Positions 8,859 through 18,699 of a stretch of 64,000 nucleotides of DNA are shown in pieces; the stretch's first letter is position 1, and every line of letters starts with the position of its first letter. Source of the DNA: Gammaproteobacteria bacterium (GTDB lineage: Bacteria; Pseudomonadota; Gammaproteobacteria; Ga0077536); assembly GCA_963662545.2 (NCBI GenBank), contig CAXXLL010000002.1, positions 2,336,001-2,400,000 of the forward strand. Reading direction: 5' to 3'. The notes under the pieces were generated by a model. The model was not told where the DNA came from, made no database searches, and worked only from the letters and a program-made list of their open reading frames with translations. Both the position numbers and the translations under genes were made by a program.

Positions 8859-10748
8859 GTGTCAGTAATGACTTTCGATATCTCCGGCTCCCAAATCGAC
8901 GGGGCGCGGGATTACCAGGAAGACGCCTTTCTCATCACGCACCTGGGTGACGCCGACGGGGATACCGGCGGCTCGATGGTGATCGTGGCGGACGGCATGG
9001 GTGGTCATGCCGCCGGTAACGTGGCGAGCAACATGGCGGTGCAAACCTTCAATCGCCATACCTCCAGCAATTTCCCCAACGACAACCTTTCCAACGTCCT
9101 CTACGAGGCGGTGCTGCAGGCCAACGGCTCGATCACCGCCACCGTCGCAGAAACCGCGGCGCTCAAAGGGATGGGCTGTACCCTCGTTGCCTGTGTCCTG
9201 GAACGCGACAAGCTCCGGTGGGTGAGCGTCGGCGACAGCCACCTCTACCTGTTGCGTAACGGCGAACTGACCAAGAAAAACGCCGACCACAGCTATGGTG
9301 GATTTCTCGACCGCATGGCCGAGGCCGGCACGCCGGTGGAAGCGGAAGAGGGTTTCTCCCGGAACATGCTGATGAGCGCGCTGACCGGCGAGGATATTGC
9401 CGAGATCGATTGCCCTGAAGACCCTTTGGAAGTGGAATCGGGCGATCGCCTGATCCTCGCCAGTGACGGCTTGGATACCCTTGCTCACGAAAAAATTGTC
9501 GAATTCGCCAGCGAAGCTGCGACCGCGAAGGAATGTGTCGACGCTCTCATCAAAGGTGTAGAGGATGCCGGCGCGCCGCGCCAGGACAATACCACCGTCA
9601 TCGTCATCGATGTCATCGAAAAACTCGAGGCCGCGCAGGAACCGGAATACATCCCCCCGGGTGAACTCGAGGAAGAAGATACGGATGCAACGCGGCAGGC
9701 CGCCACCGAAACATCCACGGCCGCTGCAGAGGCGGCACCATTGCCGGTCGAAGACCAACCGAAGAAAAGTTCGATCGGCCTGATCGCAGGCATCGCGGTG
9801 GTCCTGGCCGTGCTGGGCGGCGGCGGTTTCTGGTATATGAGCCAGGGTGGAAAAGCACCCGACTCGGGGCCGGCGTACGTCGAGGACGCGGTCGAAGACG
9901 ATATCGTCGAAATCGAACCGGTCGAGGACGAACCGCTCGCGCGGGGCGAAGTGACGCCGGAGGCCCGGCCGGCGCCGGTGCCGGCGCCCCCGCCTGCGCC
10001 GGTTGGGAACATAGGTGAATTCCGCGACAAATTGATATCCGGCGGCGAAGGGCCGCTGATGGTCTGGATCCCCGCTGGCGAGTTTATGATGGGCAGCCGC
10101 ATCTCGACCAGCGATCCGGACGAGCACCCTCAGCACCAGGTCGCGCTCTCTCAGTTCGCCGTTGGCGTCAACGAGGTCACGATTGCCGAGTACCGCAAGT
10201 TCGCCACGGGCAGCGGGCGCAAAATGCCCAATATCCGTGCCGCGGCGGGTACCGACGAAGAGTATTTCCCCATTTTCTACGTTTCATGGAACGACGCGCT
10301 GGCCTATACCAAGTGGCTCTCCCAGCAGACCGGGCAGATCTACAGTTTGCCGAGCGAGGCGCAGTGGGAATATGCCGCGCGTGCGGGGTCTGAAACGGCG
10401 TACTGGTGGGGTCGCAAGCTCGGTCGTTTAAACGCCCATTGTTTCAACTGCGACACCGGCCTCGATCCACGTAAACCGACGGCCGTCGGGCGCTTCAACG
10501 CCAATAAATTCGGCCTGTTCGACACGGCAGGGAATATCCAGGAGTGGGTCTACGACTGTTATCACGGAAACTACGACACAGCGCCGACGGACGGATCGGT
10601 CTTTGAAGGCGGTGACTGTACCGTGCGCGTGTTGCGTGGCGGTGGTTATAACAGCGGCGATGCGGAACTTAGGAGCTTTTCGCGCGATAAGTTCCGCTTC
10701 GACAAAGGCAACGATCGCACGGGTTTCCGGGTCGGGCGAAAACCTTGA
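8859..10748 (+). CDS. PP2C-type Ser/Thr phosphatase fused through a TM helix to an FGE/SUMF1-like domain
   Basis: RDYQED, VADGMGGH, GMGCT, VGDS, SDGL, QDNTT (PP2C); TM IGLIAGIAVVLAVLGGGGFWY; FMMGS, LPSEAQWEYAARAG, NKFGLFDTAGNIQEWVYD, RVLRGG (FGE-like). Confidence 0.9.
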   Translation: MSVMTFDISGSQIDGARDYQEDAFLITHLGDADGDTGGSMVIVADGMGGHAAGNVASNMAVQTFNRHTSSNFPNDNLSNVLYEAVLQANGSITATVAETAALKGMGCTLVACVLERDKLRWVSVGDSHLYLLRNGELTKKNADHSYGGFLDRMAEAGTPVEAEEGFSRNMLMSALTGEDIAEIDCPEDPLEVESGDRLILASDGLDTLAHEKIVEFASEAATAKECVDALIKGVEDAGAPRQDNTTVIVIDVIEKLEAAQEPEYIPPGELEEEDTDATRQAATETSTAAAEAAPLPVEDQPKKSSIGLIAGIAVVLAVLGGGGFWYMSQGGKAPDSGPAYVEDAVEDDIVEIEPVEDEPLARGEVTPEARPAPVPAPPPAPVGNIGEFRDKLISGGEGPLMVWIPAGEFMMGSRISTSDPDEHPQHQVALSQFAVGVNEVTIAEYRKFATGSGRKMPNIRAAAGTDEEYFPIFYVSWNDALAYTKWLSQQTGQIYSLPSEAQWEYAARAGSETAYWWGRKLGRLNAHCFNCDTGLDPRKPTAVGRFNANKFGLFDTAGNIQEWVYDCYHGNYDTAPTDGSVFEGGDCTVRVLRGGGYNSGDAELRSFSRDKFRFDKGNDRTGFRVGRKP

Positions 10749-11554
10749 ATCGGACAGACCCCCGCAGTGCAGCAAAAGCGGGCAGCGAGGGAATTTTTCA
10801 GCACCGGGGCGCTCTAACCCTCATGCCTTTGTCGAAGCGCAGCACGTTAATGAGCCTCCTCGCAGCTTTCGCCACCCTGCTGGCATTGCCTTGTACGGCC
10901 GACGTCACCCATTCGGGCACCATTTACCACGGTCGCGTTCTTCACGCCGATGGATCCGTTGTGCGCGGATACGGAAGCGTCATCCGCAACGGTCGTAACG
11001 ACCAACGTCACTTGCGGCATCCCTATCAGGTGTCGCCGCGGCAAGGGCGCTATGGATACGGTGGACGTGGCGACGACCGTCATCGTGGACGTGGTGATCA
11101 ACACCACTACGACCAAAACACAGATCGTTTCGGACACAGACCTGACCGTCATTCCGGGAGTGGTCGAAGTCACAAAGATCGCTCGTCGCGTCACTACGGC
11201 GGACATCGGGACAACGGCTACGGCTACAACCCGCATGGAGGCTCTGGCTACCGTAACCGCTACAAACCGTTTACCGGTTCGAGCTTTGGCTACCGCTACA
11301 AGCCCTTTGCAGGTTCGAGCTCTGGCTATGGTAAGCGCTACAAACCGTTTACCGGTTCGAGCTTTGGCTACCGCTACAAGCCCTTTGCAGGTTCGAGCTC
11401 TGGCTATGGTAAGCGCTACAAACCTTATGCCGGCTCCGGATACGGCTCCCGCTACAATTCCAAGTCACATTCGAGGCGTTCTAGCGCCTATAGCTACGGG
11501 CGGAGCTATCCTTCGACGCCGGGACCCATCACCCGCCACCGATACAGACGCTAG
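10745..11554 (+). CDS. Hypothetical exported Gly/Tyr/Arg/His/Ser-rich low-complexity repeat protein
   Basis: Signal-peptide-like LLAAFATLLALPCTA (true start probably near 10823-10850); in-frame tandem repeats RYKPF(T/A)GSS. Confidence 0.6.
   Translation: MNRTDPRSAAKAGSEGIFQHRGALTLMPLSKRSTLMSLLAAFATLLALPCTADVTHSGTIYHGRVLHADGSVVRGYGSVIRNGRNDQRHLRHPYQVSPRQGRYGYGGRGDDRHRGRGDQHHYDQNTDRFGHRPDRHSGSGRSHKDRSSRHYGGHRDNGYGYNPHGGSGYRNRYKPFTGSSFGYRYKPFAGSSSGYGKRYKPFTGSSFGYRYKPFAGSSSGYGKRYKPYAGSGYGSRYNSKSHSRRSSAYSYGRSYPSTPGPITRHRYRR
11258..11424 (+). repeat. 78-bp perfect tandem repeat x2 plus partial third copy, each built of two related subunits
   Basis: cgctacaaaccgtttaccggttcgagctttggctaccgctacaagccctttgcaggttcgagctctggctatggtaag at 11258 and 11336. 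Confidence 0.95.
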
Positions 11555-11751
11555 ATACGTCCTGGCACTGAATGATGCCCCTTTGGCCGGGCGGTGCGAT
11601 TTCAGGCGCCAGACAGGTGTGCCATAACTTACCCAGAGGTACCTTAAAAGTAATTTCGCATGCCCGACCGGTGGCGTAGTCAGCCGCCGGTCTGCATGAG
11701 ATCACGACTTGCGGGTATCATCGAGGCCACCTCTGCGCGTGATCCACAACG

Positions 11752-12183
11752 ATGCGACTCATCGACGGGCAATGCCACTGCGGCAACATCAGCTACCGCT
11801 TCGAATGGCCGGGCGAAGGCCCTCGGATACCGGTGCGCGCCTGCCGTTGTGAATTCTGTACGAAACACGGTGGTGTGTGGACCTCTCATTCGAACGGCCG
11901 CCTCGAAGTGAAGTTTGGCGATCCGTCGAACATCACGCCGTATCGCTTCGGACATAAAACCGCCGTCTTTCACATCTGCGCTACCTGCGGCATCGTGCCG
12001 CTCGCGACCTGTGACATCGACGGCGCGCATTACGCTGTCGTCAACGTCAACACATTCGAAAACGTCGAACCGGAGCAATTCGATCGCGAGGAAACAAATT
12101 TCGAAAGTGAACCAGAGGACGAGCGGCTGGTCCGGCGGCAGCGCAACTGGACGCCTGCGTTTTTTTCGGATCGATCAGATTGA
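11752..12183 (+). CDS. GFA/CENP-V family zinc protein (aldehyde-activating-like)
   Basis: GQCHCG, ACRCEFC, ICATCG cysteine pattern. Confidence 0.85.
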   Translation: MRLIDGQCHCGNISYRFEWPGEGPRIPVRACRCEFCTKHGGVWTSHSNGRLEVKFGDPSNITPYRFGHKTAVFHICATCGIVPLATCDIDGAHYAVVNVNTFENVEPEQFDREETNFESEPEDERLVRRQRNWTPAFFSDRSD

Positions 12184-13217
12184 TGGCAGAACGCTTCTTT
12201 GCCAGCGACAACGCCGCCGGCATTCATCCCCGCATCCTCGAAGCCATCGGACAGGCGAATGCCGGGCACGCGGTGGCGTACGGCGACGATCCGTGGACCG
12301 TGAAGGCCATCGCCGCGATGAAAGAAGCCTTTGACGCCGATGCCGAGGTACTTTTCACGTTCAACGGCACGGGTGCCAACGTCATCGGCATCGCGGCGGT
12401 GATGCGGCCGCATCATGCCGTACTCTGCCCCGAATCGGCACATCTGTGGAATGACGAATGCGCGGCTTCCGAACGGTTTTACGGCGGCAAGCTGATCCCC
12501 GTCGCGAGCGAGTTCGGCAAGATCACGCCGGCCGCGCTCGAAGTTCACCTGGGCCCGACGCGCGGCGTTCATCACGCCAAGCCGAAAGTCGTGTCCATCA
12601 CCCAGCCTACGGAATGGGGCACCTTGTACACACTCGACGAAACGAAGGCGCTGGCGGATTTCGCGCACGGCCATGACCTGCTCCTACACGTGGACGGCGC
12701 ACGATTCGCCAATGCGGCGGCCGCACTCGAGGTCTCTCTGGCCGATCTCTCGACCCACGCCGGAGTCGACATCCTGTCGTTTGGTGGCACGAAGAATGGC
12801 CTCATGGGTGGCGAGGCCGCGTTGATACTGAACCGGTCGCTCGCGCCGGAGGCGCATTACACGCGCAAGCAGGCGATGCAGCTGGCTTCGAAAATGCGCT
12901 TTATCTCCGCGCAGTTTCTGGCGTATATGGAAGACGAGCTCTGGCGCCGGCTCGCGAGCCATGCCAATGCGATGGCGACTCGGCTGGCGGATGCCGTGAG
13001 TGATGTGAATGGCGTCGAGTTCGTCTGCCCGGTTCAATGCAACATGCTGTTTCCGCGATTACCGCGCGGCGCACTCGAGTCACTGCAGCAAGAATGCTAT
13101 TTTTACGCATGGGACCCCGAGGAGTCGATCGCGCGCTGGCTGACCTCGTTCGACACCACTGAAGATGATGTCGATGATTTTGCGCGAATGGTCGCAGACC
13201 AAATAAATCAGAATTGA
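12183..13217 (+). CDS. ltaE: Low-specificity L-threonine aldolase (PLP)
   Basis: FASDN, YGDDPWT, NGTGAN, LHVDGARFANA, SFGGTKNG. Confidence 0.9.
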   Translation: MAERFFASDNAAGIHPRILEAIGQANAGHAVAYGDDPWTVKAIAAMKEAFDADAEVLFTFNGTGANVIGIAAVMRPHHAVLCPESAHLWNDECAASERFYGGKLIPVASEFGKITPAALEVHLGPTRGVHHAKPKVVSITQPTEWGTLYTLDETKALADFAHGHDLLLHVDGARFANAAAALEVSLADLSTHAGVDILSFGGTKNGLMGGEAALILNRSLAPEAHYTRKQAMQLASKMRFISAQFLAYMEDELWRRLASHANAMATRLADAVSDVNGVEFVCPVQCNMLFPRLPRGALESLQQECYFYAWDPEESIARWLTSFDTTEDDVDDFARMVADQINQN

Positions 13218-13251
13218 ACCGGGCCCGGGAGAACTAACCACGAAAGCGGCG

Positions 13252-13758
13252 TCAGGTACTCCCCGTGTCAGTGTAGGGCGCCATTTCGTAGAGCGTTTCC
13301 TTACCCACCTTGTCGCTAAATTCACGGAATACTTCGAGGACCTCAGGGGTTACTACGACATTTTCGGATAGCCGTTTACCACCCGGCGAGCGCGTTGCAT
13401 GGGCGGTCCTTAACGCATGAAACTGCCGTTCAGATTCAGGTAATGTTCCCGCCTCATGATGTTTCTTAACGGTCATGAATTCGTTGATGTAGGACTGGCC
13501 CATCATCATGAAACGAGTCTTATGAATCGGATCGAGACTGTCGGGGTCCGAAAAACCTTTGCCCCAGATTTCGCCGAGTTCGGGGTCATCGATGATATGT
13601 ACATTCAGAGAATTCGAACGGGCGGCTAAAGAGTCCAAGGAATCAGACTCGATCGCCATTCCAATCAGTCTTATCTCTAACGCCAAATAGATCAGCGTAC
13701 CTACGACGGCCCCAGCACCAATGACATCGGCGATCACGCCGAGAGCTTGCCAATTCAT
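13252..13758 (-). CDS. Hypothetical protein with N-terminal membrane anchor
   Basis: MNWQALGVIADVIGAGAVVGTLIYLALEIR TM segment; lower-GC coding. Confidence 0.65.
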   Translation of the reverse strand: MNWQALGVIADVIGAGAVVGTLIYLALEIRLIGMAIESDSLDSLAARSNSLNVHIIDDPELGEIWGKGFSDPDSLDPIHKTRFMMMGQSYINEFMTVKKHHEAGTLPESERQFHALRTAHATRSPGGKRLSENVVVTPEVLEVFREFSDKVGKETLYEMAPYTDTGST

Positions 13759-13844
13759 CAGTCATCATTCATCCGATGTGGCTTACAGACAGTCGGCAGC
13801 TTACTTAAAAGCGGCCTCATTAATCGTCCGAAACGTCCGAGCCT

Positions 13845-14759
13845 TCAGCCCCCAAACCTCGGTTCGGGCAACCCCTGGATGCCCAGCCCTTTGATACGAA
13901 ACAGACTGCCGGCGCCGAACTGCGGTCGGATTTCTTTAGTGAAGTGCTCGTGAGTCGCGGGATGGCTGATACGCGCCATTGACGTGACGTAGATTTCGTC
14001 CAGCTTGTCACCGCCGAAATTGACGCTGGTGATGTTTTTCACCGGCATGCCGATGCGCCGCTCTTCACTGCCGTCAGGCGCGTAGCGAATCAGGTCACCG
14101 CCGATCACCAGTGCATTCCACACGCAACCTTCGGCATCGACCGTACTGCCGTCGAAAAACCCCGCTTCGTCCCGCGTACTCGCGAATTCCCGCTTATTCG
14201 ATAGCGTACCCGCACCGATATCGTAGTCGTAGGCCCACATCACCTGCTGGAAGGTGTCGGCGAAATAAAAGCTTCGATCGTCGGGACTCCAGCAGGGGCC
14301 GTTGGAGCAGATGATGCCGTCGTCCAGCTGCGTGACCGTGAGGTCGGGATCGAGGCGCCACAAACCACAGATTTGCGATTCTTCCAGGTCATCCATACCG
14401 CCGGCGAGAAAGCGCCCGCGGCGATCGACCTTGCCGTCATTGAGGCGGCTGCGGGTCTGATTCGGATCGATCTTTTCGATCAATTCGAGAGCACTGCTGT
14501 CGAAATCGAAGAAATAAAACCCGTCGTCGAGCGCGAGTACAGCATGACCATTCTTGCGCAACGCCATCGCGCCGACATCGTGATCGAGCGACCAGTGACG
14601 GGTGGCGCCTGTACGTGGATCGAGGCGCCAAATGGATGGATTACCGACCCGTCGACCGGTGCCATCCACCCAGTACAAAGCACCCTCCTCCACATCCCAA
14701 ACCGGACCTTCGCCAAGATGGTTGGACGCTGCGACCACGCATTCGATCGTGTAATTCAT
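13845..14759 (-). CDS. SMP-30/gluconolactonase/LRE family protein
   Basis: LGEGPVWD, RLNDGKVDRRGR, NGPCWSPD, DGSTVDAEG, TSVNFGG; start at MNYTIEC. Confidence 0.92.
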   Translation of the reverse strand: MNYTIECVVAASNHLGEGPVWDVEEGALYWVDGTGRRVGNPSIWRLDPRTGATRHWSLDHDVGAMALRKNGHAVLALDDGFYFFDFDSSALELIEKIDPNQTRSRLNDGKVDRRGRFLAGGMDDLEESQICGLWRLDPDLTVTQLDDGIICSNGPCWSPDDRSFYFADTFQQVMWAYDYDIGAGTLSNKREFASTRDEAGFFDGSTVDAEGCVWNALVIGGDLIRYAPDGSEERRIGMPVKNITSVNFGGDKLDEIYVTSMARISHPATHEHFTKEIRPQFGAGSLFRIKGLGIQGLPEPRFGG

Positions 14760-14900
14760 CGCCGCCAATCTCCCTTTTTGATCAACAAGGACAGGCCGGC
14801 CATTTAATGGTCTGCAGTACCGTGGATGCAAGCGCGCGCGTCGAAGGCAGTGCTACAATCGTGCGGGTTCGGATAATGTATTTACGCCTCAAGGGGAGCC

Positions 14901-15779
14901 ATGTTTCCGGCCGCAATAGAAGAATACGTACGCCCGCGTTCCGTCGCCGATGCCTTGAACGCGGCCGCCCGCTACGAGGACGGGGAAGCAATTTTTCTCG
15001 CCGGCGGCCAAAGCGTGATGCAGGCCATGAAATCGCGCATGATGCGTCCGCGGTGCGTGATCGACCTCCAGGATGTCGCCGATCTCAAGGGTATCGACCA
15101 CAGCAACGGCGGCCTATCCATCGGTGCTATGACGCGCTACGTGGACGTGGTCGAAGACGAGACCATCGACGGCGCCTTCGCGGCGCTCCGCGATGCCGCG
15201 AGCCGCGTGGGCGACCGCCAGGTGCGCAACCGCGGAACCATTGGCGGCAGCCTATGCTGGAATTACATGGCCGCCTGTACGCCGGCGGTGGTCCTGGCCC
15301 TCGACGGCCAATTGAACCTGATGGCGGCAAATGGTACGACGCGCACGCTCGGCGCCGACGACTTTCTCCTGGGGCCGCTCGAAACCGCGCGCGGCGACGA
15401 CGAGATCCTATTGTCGGTGTCATGGCCGGCGCCCGCACCGCACAGCGGCAGCGCCTACAAGAAATGGGGCCAGGTGACCGACGCATTGCCGGTCATCGGC
15501 ATCTGCGTGCTGGTGACGCTTGACGGCAAAGGCCGCTGCGAGCACGCGCGTATTGCGCTCGCGGGGCTCGCCGACGGGACACAGCGCGCAGCGGCGGGGG
15601 AAGCCGCATTGATCGGCTCGGAAGGCGACCCGGCGTCCGTCGACGCGGCCATGAGTAAGATCGCCGAAGCCGCTGACACGCATTCCGACATGTCGGCCGA
15701 TGCCGAGTACCGCAAGAATCTCATTCGCACACTCGGACGCGAGGTCGGCGCGACCGCGTTCGAGCGCGCCCGCGCTTAA
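14901..15779 (+). CDS. Molybdenum hydroxylase FAD subunit (CoxM/CutM-like)
   Basis: LAGGQS, GDRQVRNRGTIGGSL, ADAEYRK. Confidence 0.9.
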   Translation: MFPAAIEEYVRPRSVADALNAAARYEDGEAIFLAGGQSVMQAMKSRMMRPRCVIDLQDVADLKGIDHSNGGLSIGAMTRYVDVVEDETIDGAFAALRDAASRVGDRQVRNRGTIGGSLCWNYMAACTPAVVLALDGQLNLMAANGTTRTLGADDFLLGPLETARGDDEILLSVSWPAPAPHSGSAYKKWGQVTDALPVIGICVLVTLDGKGRCEHARIALAGLADGTQRAAAGEAALIGSEGDPASVDAAMSKIAEAADTHSDMSADAEYRKNLIRTLGREVGATAFERARA

Positions 15780-15797
15780 GCCCTAGGGGTCGATGAA

Positions 15798-16271
15798 ATG
15801 ATAACGATAAACGTCACCGTCAACGGCACGGCCTACGAGGAGACCGTCAGCGAGCGGCTGGTGCTGGTCGACTTCCTGCGCGATCAGCTCGCGCTGACCG
15901 GCACCCACATCGGCTGCACCTTCGAAGGCGTCTGCGGCGCCTGCACCATTCACCTCGACGGTGCGGCCGTGAAGAGTTGCCTCATGCTCGCGGTGCAGGC
16001 CGACGGTCACGAGATAACCACAATAGAAGGACTGGGCGGCAAGAAGCTTACGCCGCTGCAGCAAGCTTTCACGGAGCATCACGGCCTGCAATGCGGCTTT
16101 TGCACGCCGGGTATTCTGATGAACATGGACGAATTTCTGCACAAGAATCCGAACCCTACAGACGCAGAGATACGCCACGGGCTGGTGGGTAATCTGTGCC
16201 GTTGTACGGGCTATGTCCACATCGTCAGGGCCGTACGCGCAGCGGCCGAGACGATGCGGCAAACGGGTTGA
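15798..16271 (+). CDS. Molybdenum hydroxylase [2Fe-2S] subunit (CoxS-like)
   Basis: [33 protein letters not shown]. Confidence 0.93.
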   Translation: MITINVTVNGTAYEETVSERLVLVDFLRDQLALTGTHIGCTFEGVCGACTIHLDGAAVKSCLMLAVQADGHEITTIEGLGGKKLTPLQQAFTEHHGLQCGFCTPGILMNMDEFLHKNPNPTDAEIRHGLVGNLCRCTGYVHIVRAVRAAAETMRQTG

Positions 16272-16286
16272 GCGAGGACAGAAATC

Positions 16287-18689
16287 ATGGCCACGAATCC
16301 AATGGATAACGGTGGGGATTGGCTGGGTGCACCGTTGGCCCGCAAGGAAGACTTGCGCCTTATCAAGGGCACCGGGAAATACCTGGGCGACATCGTTTTA
16401 CCAAAGATGCTTCATGCCGTCTTCGTACGCAGCGAATACGCGCACGCACGCATCAAGGGCATCGACACGAACGAGGCGCAAGCCATGCCGGGCGTCGTTG
16501 CGATCTACACGGGAGCGGACATCAAGGACACCATGAAGTCGATGTCCCAGCCCGTACTGCTTCCCAATTTGCCGGCTAAATTTCCGACTTATTGGCCGCT
16601 GGCCATCGACAAGGTGAAGTTTCACGGAGAGCCTGTTGCGTTGGTCGTGGCACGCGACAAATATGTGGCCGTTGACGCCGCCGAATGCGTCTACGTCGAC
16701 TACGAAGAGCTGCCGCCCGTGCTCGATCCGGAAAAAGCGCTGGAGGCGAATTCACCGATCGTGCACGAAGCGGATGGCACGAATGAAATTTTCGCGATGA
16801 CCTTCACCGGCGGAGAAACCGAGGACGAACAGAAAAAAAACGACATCGAGGTCGAAGCGATATTCCAGAATGCCGACGTCGTCGTGAAAGAACGCTTTCG
16901 CGTTCATCGGACCGGCATCACCCCGATGGAACCGCGCGGGGTACTGTGCGACTGGGACGAAACCGACGGACTCACCGCCTACATCACCACCCAGCGCCCC
17001 CACATCGACCGGCTGGCCCTGACCGATATCCTCGACATCCCCGCGGAGAAAGTTCGCGTCATCGCCCCGCGCGATCAGGGTGGCGGATTCGGTGTGAAAG
17101 CGCCCTTTTACCGTGAAAACGTCATCATCGCGCACGCCGCGCGCGAGCTCGGCCGCCCCGTACGATGGATCGAGTCGCGCTACGAAAGCCTCATGAACGT
17201 CGGCCAGGAACGTGATCAGATCAATGATCTCGAGATCGCCGCGAGCAAGGACGGACAGCTGCTGGCGCTCCGCAATCGCGGGATTGCCGATAACGGTATC
17301 GGCTGCACCGGTGTCTACTGGGGTTTCGTCATGCCGTTCCTGGGCGCGATCGAAATGCCGAACGCCTACACCTGGCCGAAAGCCGACATCAAGCTGCGCG
17401 TGGCGACGACCAACAAGGCGTCCTTGACGCCGTCGCGCGCATTTGGCCATTTCCCGACCCGCTTCGCGCTCGAGCGCGCCATCGACATGGTCGCGCATCG
17501 GCTCGGCATGGAGCCATCGGACTTACGGCGCAAGAACATGGTCTCCACACTACCCTACACCTCGGTTACCAACGAGTATTACGACAGCGGGGACTTCATC
17601 AAGGTCTGGGACAACCTGATGGCACAGATAGACTTAAGCGCGTTTCGCCGGGAGCAGACGACGGCCCGGGAACAGGGCCGCTATCTCGGCATTGGTTTTG
17701 GCTGCGGCGTGGAATTGTCCGGCGTCGCCTCCGAACTCATGGTCCCGATGGAGAATCAGCCGGGTTACGGCGCCGCCACGGTCCGGCTCGATCCGCGCGG
17801 CAAGGTACGCGTCTATGGCGGCGACGCGCCGGGCGGTCAGGGGCACGAGACGACGACCGCCCAGGCCGTCGCCTCGATCTTCGGCATCAGTCCGAACGAC
17901 GTCACGGTGACCACGGGCGATACCGGGACCACGCCGTTTGGTTCGGGCACGATCGGCGCGCGGGCGGGTTCCTACTTCGTCAGCGCGGTCGCCAAGGCCT
18001 GCGAAGAATTGAAAGATAAGATCACGCGCATCCTCGCCCACGATCTACAGATCGAGGCATCCGTGCACCACTTCGAATTCAAGGCAGGCGAGATTATTTA
18101 CCTCGGCGATACCAACAAGAGAAAGTCTTTTCGAGACGCGGTGGAACGCATCGTAATGTGGCCCATCAACCTGCCGGAAGGCGAGGTCGGCGGGCTCGAT
18201 ACGACGGCCTTCTTCGAGGCTGACAAGCCGATGATTTGTTTCAACGCGGATTGCTGTATCGTCGAAGTCGACATCGAGTCGGGTGAGTTCGACATCAAGC
18301 GCTGGGTCACCAGCGAAGACGTCGGCAAGATCATCAATCCCCTCATCGTCGACGGGCAAATGCACGGTGCGATCGTGCAGGGCTTGTCGAACGCAATGTT
18401 CGAGCAATTTATCTACGACGATCAAGGCCAGCAGCTGACGGCTGATTTCGAGCATTACAAGATGGCGACGGCGGCAGATGTACCCGACATCGAGGTCACT
18501 TATGCGCCGACGCCCTGCCCTTATACACCCCTTGGAACGCGCGGGATCGGCGAGGGCCGGCCGAGTTCCATTCCCGGCGCCGTAACCAACGCCGTGTGTG
18601 ACGCCCTCGCGCCCTTCGGCGTGGAGATCACGGAACTGCCGCTCAGACCCGACCGCGTCTGGAAGAAGATCCAGGAAAGTCGACAGTAA
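16287..18689 (+). CDS. Xanthine-oxidase-family molybdopterin subunit (CoxL-like, probably not a CO dehydrogenase)
   Basis: RKEDLRLIKG, GGGFGVK, GQGHETT, DGQMHG, RGIGEG; active-site loop PSRAFGH instead of AYxCSFR or AYRGAGR. Confidence 0.9.
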   Translation: MATNPMDNGGDWLGAPLARKEDLRLIKGTGKYLGDIVLPKMLHAVFVRSEYAHARIKGIDTNEAQAMPGVVAIYTGADIKDTMKSMSQPVLLPNLPAKFPTYWPLAIDKVKFHGEPVALVVARDKYVAVDAAECVYVDYEELPPVLDPEKALEANSPIVHEADGTNEIFAMTFTGGETEDEQKKNDIEVEAIFQNADVVVKERFRVHRTGITPMEPRGVLCDWDETDGLTAYITTQRPHIDRLALTDILDIPAEKVRVIAPRDQGGGFGVKAPFYRENVIIAHAARELGRPVRWIESRYESLMNVGQERDQINDLEIAASKDGQLLALRNRGIADNGIGCTGVYWGFVMPFLGAIEMPNAYTWPKADIKLRVATTNKASLTPSRAFGHFPTRFALERAIDMVAHRLGMEPSDLRRKNMVSTLPYTSVTNEYYDSGDFIKVWDNLMAQIDLSAFRREQTTAREQGRYLGIGFGCGVELSGVASELMVPMENQPGYGAATVRLDPRGKVRVYGGDAPGGQGHETTTAQAVASIFGISPNDVTVTTGDTGTTPFGSGTIGARAGSYFVSAVAKACEELKDKITRILAHDLQIEASVHHFEFKAGEIIYLGDTNKRKSFRDAVERIVMWPINLPEGEVGGLDTTAFFEADKPMICFNADCCIVEVDIESGEFDIKRWVTSEDVGKIINPLIVDGQMHGAIVQGLSNAMFEQFIYDDQGQQLTADFEHYKMATAADVPDIEVTYAPTPCPYTPLGTRGIGEGRPSSIPGAVTNAVCDALAPFGVEITELPLRPDRVWKKIQESRQ

Positions 18690-18699
18690 ACACGAAGCC

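Noticed and set aside
11258-11424. Possible CRISPR array
   Set aside because: Contiguous in-frame tandem repeats with no unique spacers and no cas genes
10950-11627. Alternative Thr/Ala-rich ORF over the repeat gene
   Set aside because: Probably a frame shadow; it has no signal peptide, and the 10745 frame is more coherent, though this is not proven
14901-18689. Aerobic CO dehydrogenase
   Set aside because: Lacks AYxCSFR and coxDEF genes; the M-S-L order alone is not sufficient
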